The notes under the pieces are model-generated. The model had not been told where the DNA came from, made no database searches, and saw nothing but the letters and a program-made list of their open reading frames with translations. Source: Mobula hypostoma (lineage: Eukaryota). From it: a DNA stretch of 64,000 bases. Shown piece after piece: positions 25,035 to 36,775 of the stretch (position 1 is the first letter of the stretch; every line of letters begins with the position of its first letter). The stretch spans positions 249,428,001 to 249,492,000 of the forward strand of contig NC_086097.1 of NCBI RefSeq assembly GCF_963921235.1. The letters run 5' to 3'. Position numbers and translations under genes: made by a program.

Positions 25035-25116
25035 CAGGGATTCCCAACCCTTTTTTAATGTCATGGACCCCTACCATTAACCACAGGGTCTGTGCCCTGC
25101 AGGTTGGGAGCACCTG
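25035..25116. mobile_element. hAT MITE, same family as 2965-3047
   Basis: CAGGGATTCCCAACC...GGTTGGGAGCACCTG. Confidence 0.75.
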
Positions 25117-25920
25117 ATAAGTAGGGATGTGCACTAAACATGGGTGAATGGGATAGCTCTCAGGGCATCATGGTTGGTAAGGACCAGTTGGCCCAGAGGA
25201 CCTGTTTCCAGGCCGTATGACTCCGTGACTGCATGACTCACGTCTCTGGACTGGGGCCTGAATCTACACCTTTATGATTCAGAAGCGTCTTTGGCTACAA
25301 ACTGAGCCTTGGCTGCAATTTCCCCAAATCTCTCATTTTTGAATGCTCTATATCCACTATGAGCCCTCTTTTAATACAAATATTTACCCTTGTCCTCTTA
25401 GCCTTCCTGACTGGTTATTTTGTATACTTTCTTTTAAAATCTGTATTTGGTTAATGACCAGAATATTGGCCAAGGATAATATTACAATTTTACAGAGAAA
25501 ACATTTCCAGATTCAATCTATTTGGGTAGATTTAGTATCCTTTGACCAAATAGGGCTGTGGAGACATGGTGCTGTATATTCAAGAGAGATTTTTAAATCT
25601 GAAGGGAATCAGATTGACCAAGTTATTGCAATGCCAGGGAACGAAGGTAAAAGACTGGCCAGACTTTCACTGAAAATGATTACAGCATTTGGGGATCGAT
25701 TCCTATCAATATCTACAAGTTTGTAGGTTTCCCCTGACACCTACAGTTGCTCTAGTTTCCTCCCACATTCCAAAGGTGTATGGGTGAGGGTTAGTAAGTA
25801 GCAGGCATGCTACGTTGGCACTTGTGGGCTGCCCCTAGCACAATCCTCCGACTGTGTTGGTTATTTCAGTGTGTGTTTCAATGTAAACGTCACCAAGAAA
25901 GCTAAAGCAAGCTAAAACTT

Positions 25921-26768
25921 CAAACACGAGAAATCTGCAGAAGCTGGAAATCCAAAGCAACACACACAAAACTCAGCAGGCAGGTCAGGCAGCATCTATG
26001 TGAATGACGTTTCAGGCCAAGACCCCCTTCACGGCCGGAAAGGAAGCGGGGAGACACCAGAATAAAAAGGTGGGGGAGGTGAAAGAGCATAGCTAGAAGG
26101 TGATTGGTGAAGCCCGGTGAGTGGGAAAGGTAAAGGGCTGGAGAGAAAGGAATCTGATAGGAGAGGAGAGTGGACCATGGGAGAAAGGGAAGGAGGAAGG
26201 ACCCAGGGGAGGTGTTAGACAGGTGATAGGAGAGGTAAAGGGACAGAGTGGGGAAGAAAAAAAAAGAGGATTTTTTTTTAAAGCAGAGGAAGAAATTGAC
26301 ATACATATCGAGTACATATACATACCTGTGAGTAGCCTCATCGTGGCACAAGAGGGGGCCACGGACCGACATGGGAATGGGAATTAAAATGTTTGGCCAC
26401 CGGATGTTCTGCTTTTGTTGGATAGAGCGGAGGTGCTCAATGAAGCAGTCCCCCAATTTATGATGGGTCCCACCGATGTAGAGGAGGCCACATTGAGTGC
26501 ACTGGACACAATAGTTGGCCCCAGCAGATTCACAGGTGAAGTGTTGCCTCACCTGGAAGGCCTGTTTGGGGCCTGAATGGAAGTCAGGGAAGAGATGAAT
26601 GGGCAGATGTAGCACATAGGCCGCTCATTGGGATAAGTGCCTGGAGGGACAAATGGACAAAGGAAGTGATCCCTGTGGAAGGTGGAGGTGGGGGAGGAGG
26701 TAAAGGTACATTTGGTGGTAGGGTCCCTTTGGAGATGGCAGAACCTTTGGAGAATGATATGTTGGAAT
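25921..26768 (-). mobile_element. Degenerate PLE 3' part
   Basis: YCVQCTQCGLLYIGGT remnant plus terminal repeat. Confidence 0.85.
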
Positions 26769-27013
26769 GGGAAGCACCAGAGAGACATTCTGTAATGATC
26801 AATAAACCAATTGTTTGAAATCAAATTACCTTGCCTGGTGTCTCAGGGCTGGGTGTGTCTGCACTGGTGCCACCTCCCACCCTTGGCACACTTTCTCTGC
26901 TACTTGTCCCAGTCCCCTCCCACACTGCTCTACCCTCGCTATTCCCAATATCCTTTACTCCTACCAGATTTATAAACTCACTCTCCACTCTATGTTGACA
27001 AATATGACAAATA

Positions 27014-27080
27014 CAGTACTGTGCAAAAGTCTTAGGCACGATAGCTACATATATGTGCCCAAGACTGTTCGACAGTACTG
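27014..27080. mobile_element. 67-bp palindromic Tc1-type mini-MITE
   Basis: TA-CAGTACTGTGCAAAAGTCTTAGGCAC...GTGCCCAAGACTGTTCGACAGTACTG-TA. Confidence 0.8.
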
Positions 27081-28392
27081 TACGTTAGGAGTGTGAGAGA
27101 ATGAGAGGAGATGATAGAGGTATACAAAATTATGAGGGATATAGATAGGGTAACTGCAAGCAGACTTTCTCAATTGAGGTTGGATGAGACTGGAACTAGA
27201 GCTCATGGTCTACGGGTGAAAGGTGAAATGTTTAAGGGGAACACGAGGGAGAATTTCATCATGAGGATGGAGAGAATGTGGAATGAGCTGCCAGCAGAAG
27301 TGGTGGATGAGGAGTTCGATTTCAGCACTTAAGAGAAATCTGAATTGGTATGTGGTTGGGAGGGGTATGCAGGGCTATGGTCCGGGTGCAGGTCGATAGG
27401 TCTAGGCAGTAAAATAGTTTGGCATGTACTTGGTGGGCTGAAGGACCTGTTTCTGTGCTGTAGTGTCCTGTGATACTGTGACTCTAAGTGGTTAGAAAGT
27501 GTCTTATCTGAGACTCAAGGTCAAAGAAAGGACAACGATCACTGCGTAACTCAAGTAAATATAGAAAGAGGCAGTCAATCATTGACTTCCTGTAGGATCA
27601 CAGCACGCTCAGATGCGGCGGCCACTCAGGGTCCAATCAAAGGTGCATTCGTTCGTCTTGTATGTCTTTTCTTATGATGCAAGCCACGGCTGAATTACAA
27701 GAACATTGAGTACTGCAGGACGATCCCATCAGCAAATCACTCGATAGCGACTGAACTGGACTTTTTGTGTGTCATCGTGTCATCACCTGGACTTGCTGTG
27801 TACCATTGTGCCGAGACGGTTGTCAGTGTGAGTCAGCCTTCGAAGTTTTTATTGGGATTGCAAGACCCTGTTAGACACTGGTAACATACAATACTGCAAG
27901 TCCGTCCATTCATTGGTAGGACCTCATAGAGTCGTCAGAGCATGGAATGACATGCCAACACAAGTGTTGCATGTGAGCTCGATTTCAACGTTTAAGAGAA
28001 GTTGGATAGGTATATGGATAGCAGGGGCACGGAGGCCTATGGTCCCAGTGCAGGTCGATGGGAGTGGGCAGTTTAAGTGGCTTCAGCACATGTTAGATGG
28101 GTTGAAGGGTCTGTTTCTGTGCTGTACATCTCTATGACTCTATAACCAATGCTGGGGTGGCTGCATTGCCTCGGTAGTGGTGAGGACACAGCAGCCTGTT
28201 GCAGCTGCCCCGAGGAGAGAGAGAAGGGGCTTCTGTGGGCCGTGCTGGAATCGTGCTATGTTGGAGGCTAGCCCTTCCTCTCAGTGCTGCCCTCCAGTAT
28301 TCGCTCAGTGGTAGAACAAGCTGGACCAGGACAATCAGGGACTTGGGGAATATTTTTTCGTGACTGTATGTTTTTCTGAAATTGTAACCGTA

Positions 28393-30006
28393 CAGTACCT
28401 ATAAAAAGTATTCACCTCCCTTGGAAGTTTTCATGTTTTATTGTTTTACAACATTGAATCACATTGGATTTAATACGGCTTTTTTTGACACTGATCAACA
28501 GAAAAAATTCATTTGTGTCAAAGTGAAAACAGATCTCTTCAAAGTGATCTAAATTAATTACAAATATAAAACATAAAATAATTGATTGCATAGGTATTCA
28601 CCCCCTTTAATATGATAAACCAAATCATCACTGGTGCAGCCACTTGGTTTTAGAAGTCACATAATTAGTTCAATGGAGATCTGTTTTTTGAGACCTGTGT
28701 GCAGTCATGGTGTTTCAAATGATCGTAGTAAAAATATAGTCCTGTATTTGGAAGGTCCAACTGCTGGTATCCTGGCAAAAAGCACATCATGAAGACAAAA
28801 GAACACCCCAAGCAACTCTGTGGAAAGGTTATCGAAAAGCACAAGGCAGGAGATGGATACAAGAAAATTTCCAAGTCACTGATTATCCCTTGGAGTACAG
28901 TTGTCAATCATCAAGAAATGGAAAGAATATGGCACAGCTGTAAACCTGCCAGGAGCAGGTCATCCTCAAAGACTGAGTGACTGTGCAAGAACGGGACTGC
29001 TGAAGGAGGCCACCAAGAGACCTAAGACAACTCCAGAGGACTTTCAAGCTTCAGTGGCCAAGATGGGAGAGAGTGCGCATACAACAACTGTTGCCCGGGT
29101 GCTTCACCAGTCATTGCTTATGGGAGAGTGGCAAAGAGAAAGTCACCGTTGAAAAAAAACTCACATGAAATCTAGACTAGAGTTTACCAGAAGGCATGTA
29201 GGAAACTTTAAGTTCAATGGTCTGATGAAAGCAAAATTGAACTTTTTGGCCATCAGACTAAACGCTATGTTTGGCATAAGCTAAACACCACACATCATCA
29301 AAAACACACCATCCCTACCGTGAAGCATGATAGTGGCTGCATAATGCTGTGGGGGTGCTTCACTGCAGCAGGCCCTGGAAGGATTATGAAAATAGAGGGT
29401 AAAATGAATGTAGCAAAATACAAGGAAATCCCGGCAGAAACCCTGATGCAGTCTGCGAGAGAACTGAAACTGTGAAGAAGATTTGTTTTCCAGCAAAACA
29501 ATGACCCCAAGCATTAAGCCAGACAAGGCTGCGCAGGAATGGCTTTAAAAACAACAAAGTTAATGTCCTGGAGCAGCTAAGTCAGAGTCCAGACCTTGAT
29601 CCAATTGAGAATTTCTGGCTGGACTTGAAAAGGGCTGTTCACTCATGATCCCCATGCAATCTGACAGAACTTGAGCAGTTTTGTAAAGAACAATGGGGAG
29701 AAACTGCAGTGTCCAGATATGCAAAGCTGATAGAGACCTATTCACACAGGCTCAAGGCTGTAATTGCTGCCAAAGGCACATCCACCAAATACTGACTTGA
29801 AGGGGTTGAATACTTGTGCAAAATTATTTTGTGCTTTATATTTGTAATTAATTTAGATCACTTTGTAGAGACCTGTTCTCACTTTGACACGAAAGAGTCT
29901 TTTTCTGTTGATCAGTTTCAAAAAAGCCAAATTAAATCCGCTGTGATTCAATGTTGTAAAACATGAAAACTTCCAAGGGGTGGTGAATACCTTTTTATAG
30001 GCACTG
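28393..30006 (+). mobile_element. Full-length Tc1 transposon (IR/DR type) with a pseudogenised transposase
   Basis: TA TSDs; ~210-bp TIRs with internal TATTCACC direct repeats. Transposase remnants MKTKEH..GDGYKKISK, WSDESK, IMLWGCF, NDPKH, SPDLDPIENFW and AAKGTSTKY*. Confidence 0.93.
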
Positions 30007-30224
30007 TATGTGCTATTTGTGCTATGCGCTGTTTGTAGTGTGTTGTGTGCTGATGGTAATGTGTTTTGCACGTTGGCCCTAAAGGCACACTACTTTGGCT
30101 ATATTCATGTATGGTTGAACGACAATTAAACTTGAACTTGAAAATTAGAACTGACTTCAGTCATTCATGAAAAGTTCAGGCACCTTTAGGTGGGTGTATT
30201 ATAGGTAATTGAAGCCCTTGTTTA

Positions 30225-31075
30225 AGAAAATCATTGGACTCTGGCATGGTGCCAAAGGACTGGAAAATTGCAAATGCCATTCCACTCTTTAAGAAAGGAG
30301 GAAAGCAGCAGAAAGGAAATTATGGACTAGTTGGCCTGACCTCAGCAGTTGGGAAGATGTTGGAGTCAATTATTAAGGATGAGGTTATGAAGCATTTGGT
30401 GACACACGGCAAGATGGGACAAAGTCAGTGTGGTTTCCTTACGGGAAAATCTTGCCTAACAAACCTATTGGAATTCTTTGAGGAGATTACAAATAGGATT
30501 TTTTTTAAAAAAGGGATGCAGTGAATGTTGTATATTTGGACTTTCAGAAGGCCTTTGACAACATGCCACACATGAGGCTGGTGACCAAGTTAAGAGCCCA
30601 TGGTATTATAGGAAAGCTACTGGAATGGATAGAGCATTGGCTGATTAGTTGGAGACAGCAAGTGGGAATAAAAAGGTCATTTTCTGGTTGGCTGCCAGTG
30701 ACTAATGGTGTTCTGCAGGGGTCAGTGTTGGGACCACTTCTTTTTGTGCTCTTTAGCAATGATTATGATGATGGAATAGATAGATTTGTTGCCAAGTTTG
30801 CAGATGATACAAAGATTGGCGGTGGGGCAGGTAGTGTTGAGAAAACAGATAGGCCGCAGAAGGACTTAGACAGATTAAGAGAATAGGCAAGAAAGTGGCA
30901 AAGGAAATACAATGTTGGGAAATGCATGGTCATGCACTTTGGTTGAAGAAATAAATAAGCAGACTATTTTTTAAACAGGGAGAAAATCAAAAATCTGAGA
31001 TGCAAGGGGACTTGGGAGTCCTCATGCAGGATTCCCCAAAGGTTAACTTGAAAGTAGAGTCAGTGGTGAGGAAGG
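30225..31075 (+). mobile_element. CR1 RT internal fragment
   Basis: DWKIANAIPLFKKG, YLDFQKAFD and KFADD. Confidence 0.88.
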
Positions 31076-31285
31076 TGGCGGGGAGACTTTAGACTGCGAC
31101 ACTCTATTAAAGTCTTTGGCAACGATGAAAGCAGCCTCTGGGTGTACAGTCTCCAGGATGCTGATGGTCTCGTACAGTTCCTTGAGAGCCAGGTCGGTAT
31201 CAGCCTGTGGTGGAATGTACACCGCTGTGATGATAACAGCCGTGAACTCCCTAGGCAGCCAGTAGGGTCTGCACAGCAGGTCTGG
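31076..31285 (-). mobile_element. Rex1/Babar-type endonuclease fragment
   Basis: CRPYWLPREFTAVIITAVYIPPQA...FIVAKDFN. Confidence 0.75.
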
Positions 31286-31693
31286 AGAACAAAAGGATTT
31301 GAGTGCATGCACATTCTGGGGGCTCGCACCAACAAAACTGTTATGGAAACAGCAATGAAGAATCCTTCCACATCCAAGTGCGACAGTATTCCTGAGTCTC
31401 CACCCAGGACTTGCATTGTCGATAGTAGTGAAAACCGAGAGGAAGGTGCTGGAGTGATAAAGGAAGCCCTGAACACCGCCAAGATCAATGGCCGAGGACA
31501 GAGAGAGATGGAGCACCTAAATGCTAGCAGATGTAACAAGCAGTAAATAAGTAATAAAGAAAGATTGCCTGACCACCATCCAGTGCAAAAGTAGGAAGAA
31601 TGCTCCAACTAAATAATGGAAGAACTGAAGCCATCATCTGCAATCTCCATCTCCTTCAATCCTCTGAAATATCTGCACAACCAGCAGTCCTAA

Positions 31694-32070
31694 AGTGGCA
31701 GGGTGGAGATATGTCTCTACCAAAGGTGGTAAAGGACACTCCTTCCCTCCACTTGCCTGTAGGTCACCCCTGGGCAAGGTGTGGCACCTGTTTAGAACCC
31801 CTCCCCTGATCAGGGTCACGTGAAGCCATGGGAGCAGATGATGGATGGTGGTATGAGCAGCTGGTGCATATCACAAGTCCTGGTTATGCGACCACTGACA
31901 CCAGGCAGACAATCTCTGAAGAGTATTAATAATGGCTGAGGTCACCCGTCTGGTAATGACACTGCCCAGAAGGTGGCAATAGCAAACCACTTCTGTAGAA
32001 AAATTTGCAAAGAACAATCATGGTCCTGAGACAATGATCACCCACATCATACAACTCAGCACATAATGAT
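31694..32070 (+). mobile_element. Non-coding SINE-like repeat (second copy at ~60292-60660)
   Basis: Two homologous copies in the window; RTE-like tail GCAAACCACTTCTGTAGAAAAATTTGC. Confidence 0.65.
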
Positions 32071-32948
32071 ACCTCCAATTTTACTTATTCTGAGATTAAT
32101 CCCACTATCAGAACTTCAAAATTGATCAAACCATTACTGGTGTCTTGATTGACATTCACTTGCTGTCAATCCTTTAACAAAACCATTTTAAAATGTCCGT
32201 CCAAGTTCAGAAATCCCTTGATGGCCTTGATAATCTCCTGTAATCCACAGCCGCTGGTCAGATCCTCTTCAACAACTGGATTACATGAATTACACTGCAG
32301 AGTCCTGCTCTGTGATCTGTGGCAGAGACAATCCATGCACCAGGATGTCTTCACATTTACAAAAGCTTCCTTTACACTCTGTGCTTTGACCTCGTCTTGG
32401 TCACTTGCCCAATATTTATCCCAGTTCCAACAAATTGTTTTTAGTTCACTTATATACTGTCAATCAAATATTGGATTGGTAACTGACAGGTAAGCAGTAA
32501 TTTCAACCAAATAATGTTCATATGGCTATGTGATGTGCAGGTAACAATGGTAGAGCAAACAAAAGGTCAGGTTGTCCTACGTTCCTAGGTGTGACAGTTA
32601 AAACGCAGAACACTACAGACCTTCAGCCCATGATGTTGTGTTGACTTTTTAACCTACTCTTATATCAATCTAACCTTACATTCTTGCAAACACCCTCCAT
32701 TTTTCTACCATTGACATACCTAAGAGTTTCTTAAATGTCCCTAATGTATCTGCCTCTACCACCACCCCAGGGAGAGGATTTCATGCACCCATCACTGTGC
32801 AGATCACACTTTAAGTAAGGTGTGACAAAGAATGTGCATCAGATGCAAGTCTTTTGGTGAATGTCAAATGCAACTGATTTCACTTTAAAACGTTTTCCTC
32901 TGCATTTCTCTGTCAGTCCAAAAATGAAAGGCAGTGTTTGAAACATAC

Positions 32949-33104
32949 CTGTAGTGTTGTTGGACCTTGGTCAACTGGAATGATGAGGATGACAAGGTCT
33001 GATTCTATACTTAGGTATCCAAAGACATCACACTGAGGCACCGATACGTGGATTCGTAAAGTGTAAAGGATGTCGTGTACAGAAACTGGTCTTCCTCCAT
33101 TTAA
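32949..33104 (-). CDS. RECK: RECK coding exon (human exon 20 equivalent)
   Basis: LNGGRPVSVHDILYTLRIHVSVPQCDVFGYLSIESDLVILIIPVDQGPTTLQ. Acceptor ttgtAG, donor GTatgt, 156 nt, phase 0/0. Confidence 0.95.
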
Positions 33105-33990
33105 CTACAAGGACAAAGAAATGCCAAGTAAGACCATTATTCTCATAATGGACTACAAATTAATTTTCCAACGATCCTTAGATATATGCATTAGCAAGCA
33201 GATGTACAGGTGTACATAATAAATTGGCCACTGAGTGTATGTCCTATTATCATCCAGAAATTTTCAACTATAGCCCAAGCAGCAGCCAAACCTGAAACTG
33301 AGAAACCAGTTAGTCTATTCCAAAAATTATTTGCCCAGAAATTGTGAATGGGCTTATTTTTCCACCCAATATGTTCCTTGGGAATAAAGCTAATGGAAAT
33401 TCATTTGGATTTCAGGATATATCAGCCAATCTGAAAATCTTTAAGAATAAAGATTCAGATTTATTTACGTCATACAGTAAAATAAGTCATTTGCACCAAC
33501 AATTAACACAGCCAAGGATGTGCATCTGAAGAATAGGTAATAAAACTATATTCTGTCTCAGTTGCTTCTCATTGTGGTTTGGAGGCTTGTGTGCCTCAAT
33601 GATCCAGAGAGCTATGTTGGCTGGAGTCAGGGCTTTATGCTTTGGCTCTTGGTAGGGTCACCCATGCCAAACAGGTCAAATGGTAGAGGCCAGACTAAGA
33701 GAGGTCCACCGAGGGTTTGGCTCAGGGTTAACAACCCTGGCTGGTAGAACAAAACTGTTACAGAAACAGCAATGAAGAATCTTTCTATATCCAGGTGGCC
33801 AAGGACAGACAGAGATGGAAGACTTTATTTGCTGCCCTAAACGCTGGTGGCAAGTTAGGTCAGAAAATAATTGAAGTGTTTCTCCTAAACAGTCGTGTCT
33901 GAAATTAATTGTATTAAAGGTCATCACTTGGTTAATTTTATTCCGAATTATACAAAAGCTATTTGTTTTGACCCTGTATTTAGGACCTAC

Positions 33991-34064
33991 CTTGGCAAGG
34001 CTGTCCAGCTGGTCCTTGCTCCATAATACCCGCAGCATTCCAGCACATAATGGACAGCAGGCAC
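33991..34064 (-). CDS. RECK: RECK coding exon (human exon 19 equivalent)
   Basis: ACCPLCAGMLRVLWSKDQLDSLAK (human ACCPLCAGMLRVLFDKEKLDTIAK). Acceptor tttAG, donor GTaggt, 74 nt, phase 1/0. Confidence 0.95.
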
Positions 34065-34766
34065 CTAAATTGCAGAGACAAGCATTACACCTATGGACCA
34101 GTGTTAGGCAAGTAATATATTTTAACGCAGCCTTGTGTTCAGCTTTTATGGTAAACTGTTTAAGGGATTACTGAAGTGAACTGAAGCGATTCACTTACAT
34201 AAATTTCTTTAGCCAGAGGGTGGTGAATCTGTGGAATTCATTGCCATAGAAGGCTGTGGAGGCCAAGTCATTGGGTACATTTAAAGCGGAGGTTAATATG
34301 TTTTTGATTAGTCAGAACAGTCAAAGATAATTGGGAGAAGGCAAGAGAATGGGGGTTGAGAGGGGCAATGTTGGAATGATAGAGCAAACTCAATGGGTCG
34401 AATGGCCTAATTCTGCTCCTATGTCTTATAGTCTCATCATTATGCCCCATTATTGAATTTTTTCCACAACCAATGTTCTCACTTTCAAGGACTCTTCATC
34501 TCATGTTGTTGATATTTATTGCTTATTGATTTATTATTATTTCTTCTTTTTGTATTTACAGAGTTTGTCGTCTTCTGCATTCTGGCTGAATGTCCTAGTT
34601 GGGCAACCTTACATTGATTCTATTATGGTTAGTACTCTATAGGTTTGTTGAGTATATCCAAAAGAAAATGAATCTCAGGGTTGTATATGGTGACATTTAT
34701 GTACTTTGATAATAAATTTACTTTGAATTTATAGTCTCATAAGTTCCCGTTCAAATATTAAGGATT

Positions 34767-35491
34767 AATAAACTCTTCTTGGGCTTCCAGCCAGGCACAA
34801 GTATCGATTATAACTGATGTCCCGATGACAAACTCTGCCATCTTCATCAGGGATGACGCCTGGGCATCTCTAGTCTGGCAGAATTTATACCCCTGTAGTC
34901 CATCCATCCTGATTGGTTAGTTCTCATCCAATCAGGTTTCCACTCTCCCACCTTGTTTACAATCGAATTCCAGTTCTTACTTAGAGTGAGACATTCAACT
35001 TTGTTAAAATACTTTTCCTCTAGTTTTATTTCAATGGCTTCCTTTACCAGGTGGTTCCAAAAGCCGCTGGTGAGAAACAGTAATTTTATGCCATCAAAGT
35101 CATTCCTACGGTCATTGTGAATGCAATGTTCTGCTGCCACCAGTTTCTCCACGTAATTCAAATAGATACGCCTCCTGTGCTCCTTGACGTGGGTTTCCAC
35201 CGTGCGTCCCATGTGACCGATATTCAAATGTTTCGCTCCAAGGAAGAACTGGAATTCGATTGTAAACAAGGTGGAAGAGCAGAGAACCTGATTAGATAAG
35301 GACTAATCAATCAGGAGAGAAGGACTATGGGGAGATAAATACCACGGGACTAGACATGCCCAGGCATCATTCCTGATGAAGATGGGAGAGTTTGTCATCA
35401 AAACATCAGTTGTAATCGATACCTGCACTTGGCTAGAAGCCCGAAAAGAGTTTATTCGTCATATAACCGGGCAAGCACCAGATCCTTTATC
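34767..35491 (-). mobile_element. Second PLE family: GIY-YIG C-terminus with an inverted terminal repeat
   Basis: GRTVETHVKEH..AAEH..KEAIEI..FNK remnant. ~220-bp inverted arms at 34767-34987 and 35236-35456; TSD ATATTAA(G/A)GATT at 34755-34766 and 35492-35503. Confidence 0.85.
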
Positions 35492-35782
35492 ATATTAAAG
35501 ATTGCCTGAATATGGAGAGGTGGGGGGGGGGGGGTTTGGAATATTCAAAAAAGAAAAACAACCAGCCCCAGACTTGGATTCAGCATGCGATTGTGCTGAC
35601 ATGGTTTCTGTCTATGTGTTCCACCTGAGGGGATTCCTTCAAGCAAGCATTACAAATTAACTATGTAAAATAAACCAGCTGAGGATATTATGAGTTTGAG
35701 CAAAGGAACACGGTCAGCAAAGTTAAACAAAAAAAAACCAAAATCAGATTAAAAGTTGTCAGAAAAGACTTTGTCCCCATAC

Positions 35783-35990
35783 CAGGTGGAGTGACGGGCT
35801 TGCATCCATTGCTAGGCAGTGGTGAACAGATGACATTTGAGCACTCGGGGTGAGAATTATATTCGGGACGAATGCCCACAGCTTGGCAAAGTCCGATATA
35901 GTCCACTGCCACACGATCCGAGTAGGCAGCACACACGTTATCGTAGGTCTCACCGTTGTGGCCACAAACTGGTTGCTTTCCACACATATC
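35783..35990 (-). CDS. RECK: RECK coding exon (human exon 18 equivalent), Kazal-like motif
   Basis: DMCGKQPVCGHNGETYDNVCAAYSDRVAVDYIGLCQAVGIRPEYNSHPECSNVICSPLPSNGCKPVTPP(G). Acceptor ttcttggaAG, donor GTatgg, 208 nt, phase 0/1. Confidence 0.95.
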
Positions 35991-36047
35991 CTTCCAAGAA
36001 AATACAAAACCAGTGCATCATTTATTTGATATATACTGTTAGATTAT

Positions 36048-36775
36048 CGTAGCAACAACCTGGCACTCAACGTCAGCAAGACCAACGAGCTGATTGTGGA
36101 CTTCAGGAAGGGTAAGACGAGGGAACATACACCAATCTTCATAGATGGATCAGAATTGGAGAGAGTGAGCAATTTCAAGTTCCTGACTGTCAATATCTCT
36201 GATGAACTATACTGGTTGCAACATATCAATGCAACAAGACAGCAGCTATATTTCATCAGGAGTTTGAGGAGATTTGGTTTGTCAACTAAACCACTCAAAA
36301 ACCTTTACAAATGTACCATGGAGAGCATTCTGACCAGCTGCATCACCATCTGGTATTGGGGGGGGGGGGGCAACAGCACAAGATTGAAGTAAGCTGGAAG
36401 TTCTTATAAAATTGGTCAGCTCCATCATGTGTGCTAGCCTCTATAGTATCCAAGACACCTTCAAGGATGCTGCCTTAGGAAGGTGACCCCCGCAACCCAG
36501 GACATGCCCTCTTCTCATTGCTACCATCAGGGAGGAGGTACAGAAGCCTGAAGGCACACACTCAGCGATTCAGGAACAGCTTCTTCCCCTCTGCCATCTG
36601 ATTTCTGAAGGGACAATGAACCCATGAACACTACCTCACTACTGTTTTTATTTCTGTTTTTTTTTTGCAGTACTTTTTTAATTTAACTATTTAATAGACA
36701 TATACATACTTTGTATAACTGTTTTTCTCTCGATATTTACTTACTATGTATTTAATTGTACTGCTGCCGGAAAGT
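36048..36775 (+). mobile_element. Rex1/Babar-type LINE 3' fragment
   Basis: NNLALNVSKTNELIVDFRK..FKFL..ESILTSCITIWY..RFRNSFFPSAI. Related tails at ~10.0-10.3, 22.1-22.45, 23.15-23.47 and 58.58-59.45 kb. Confidence 0.82.
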
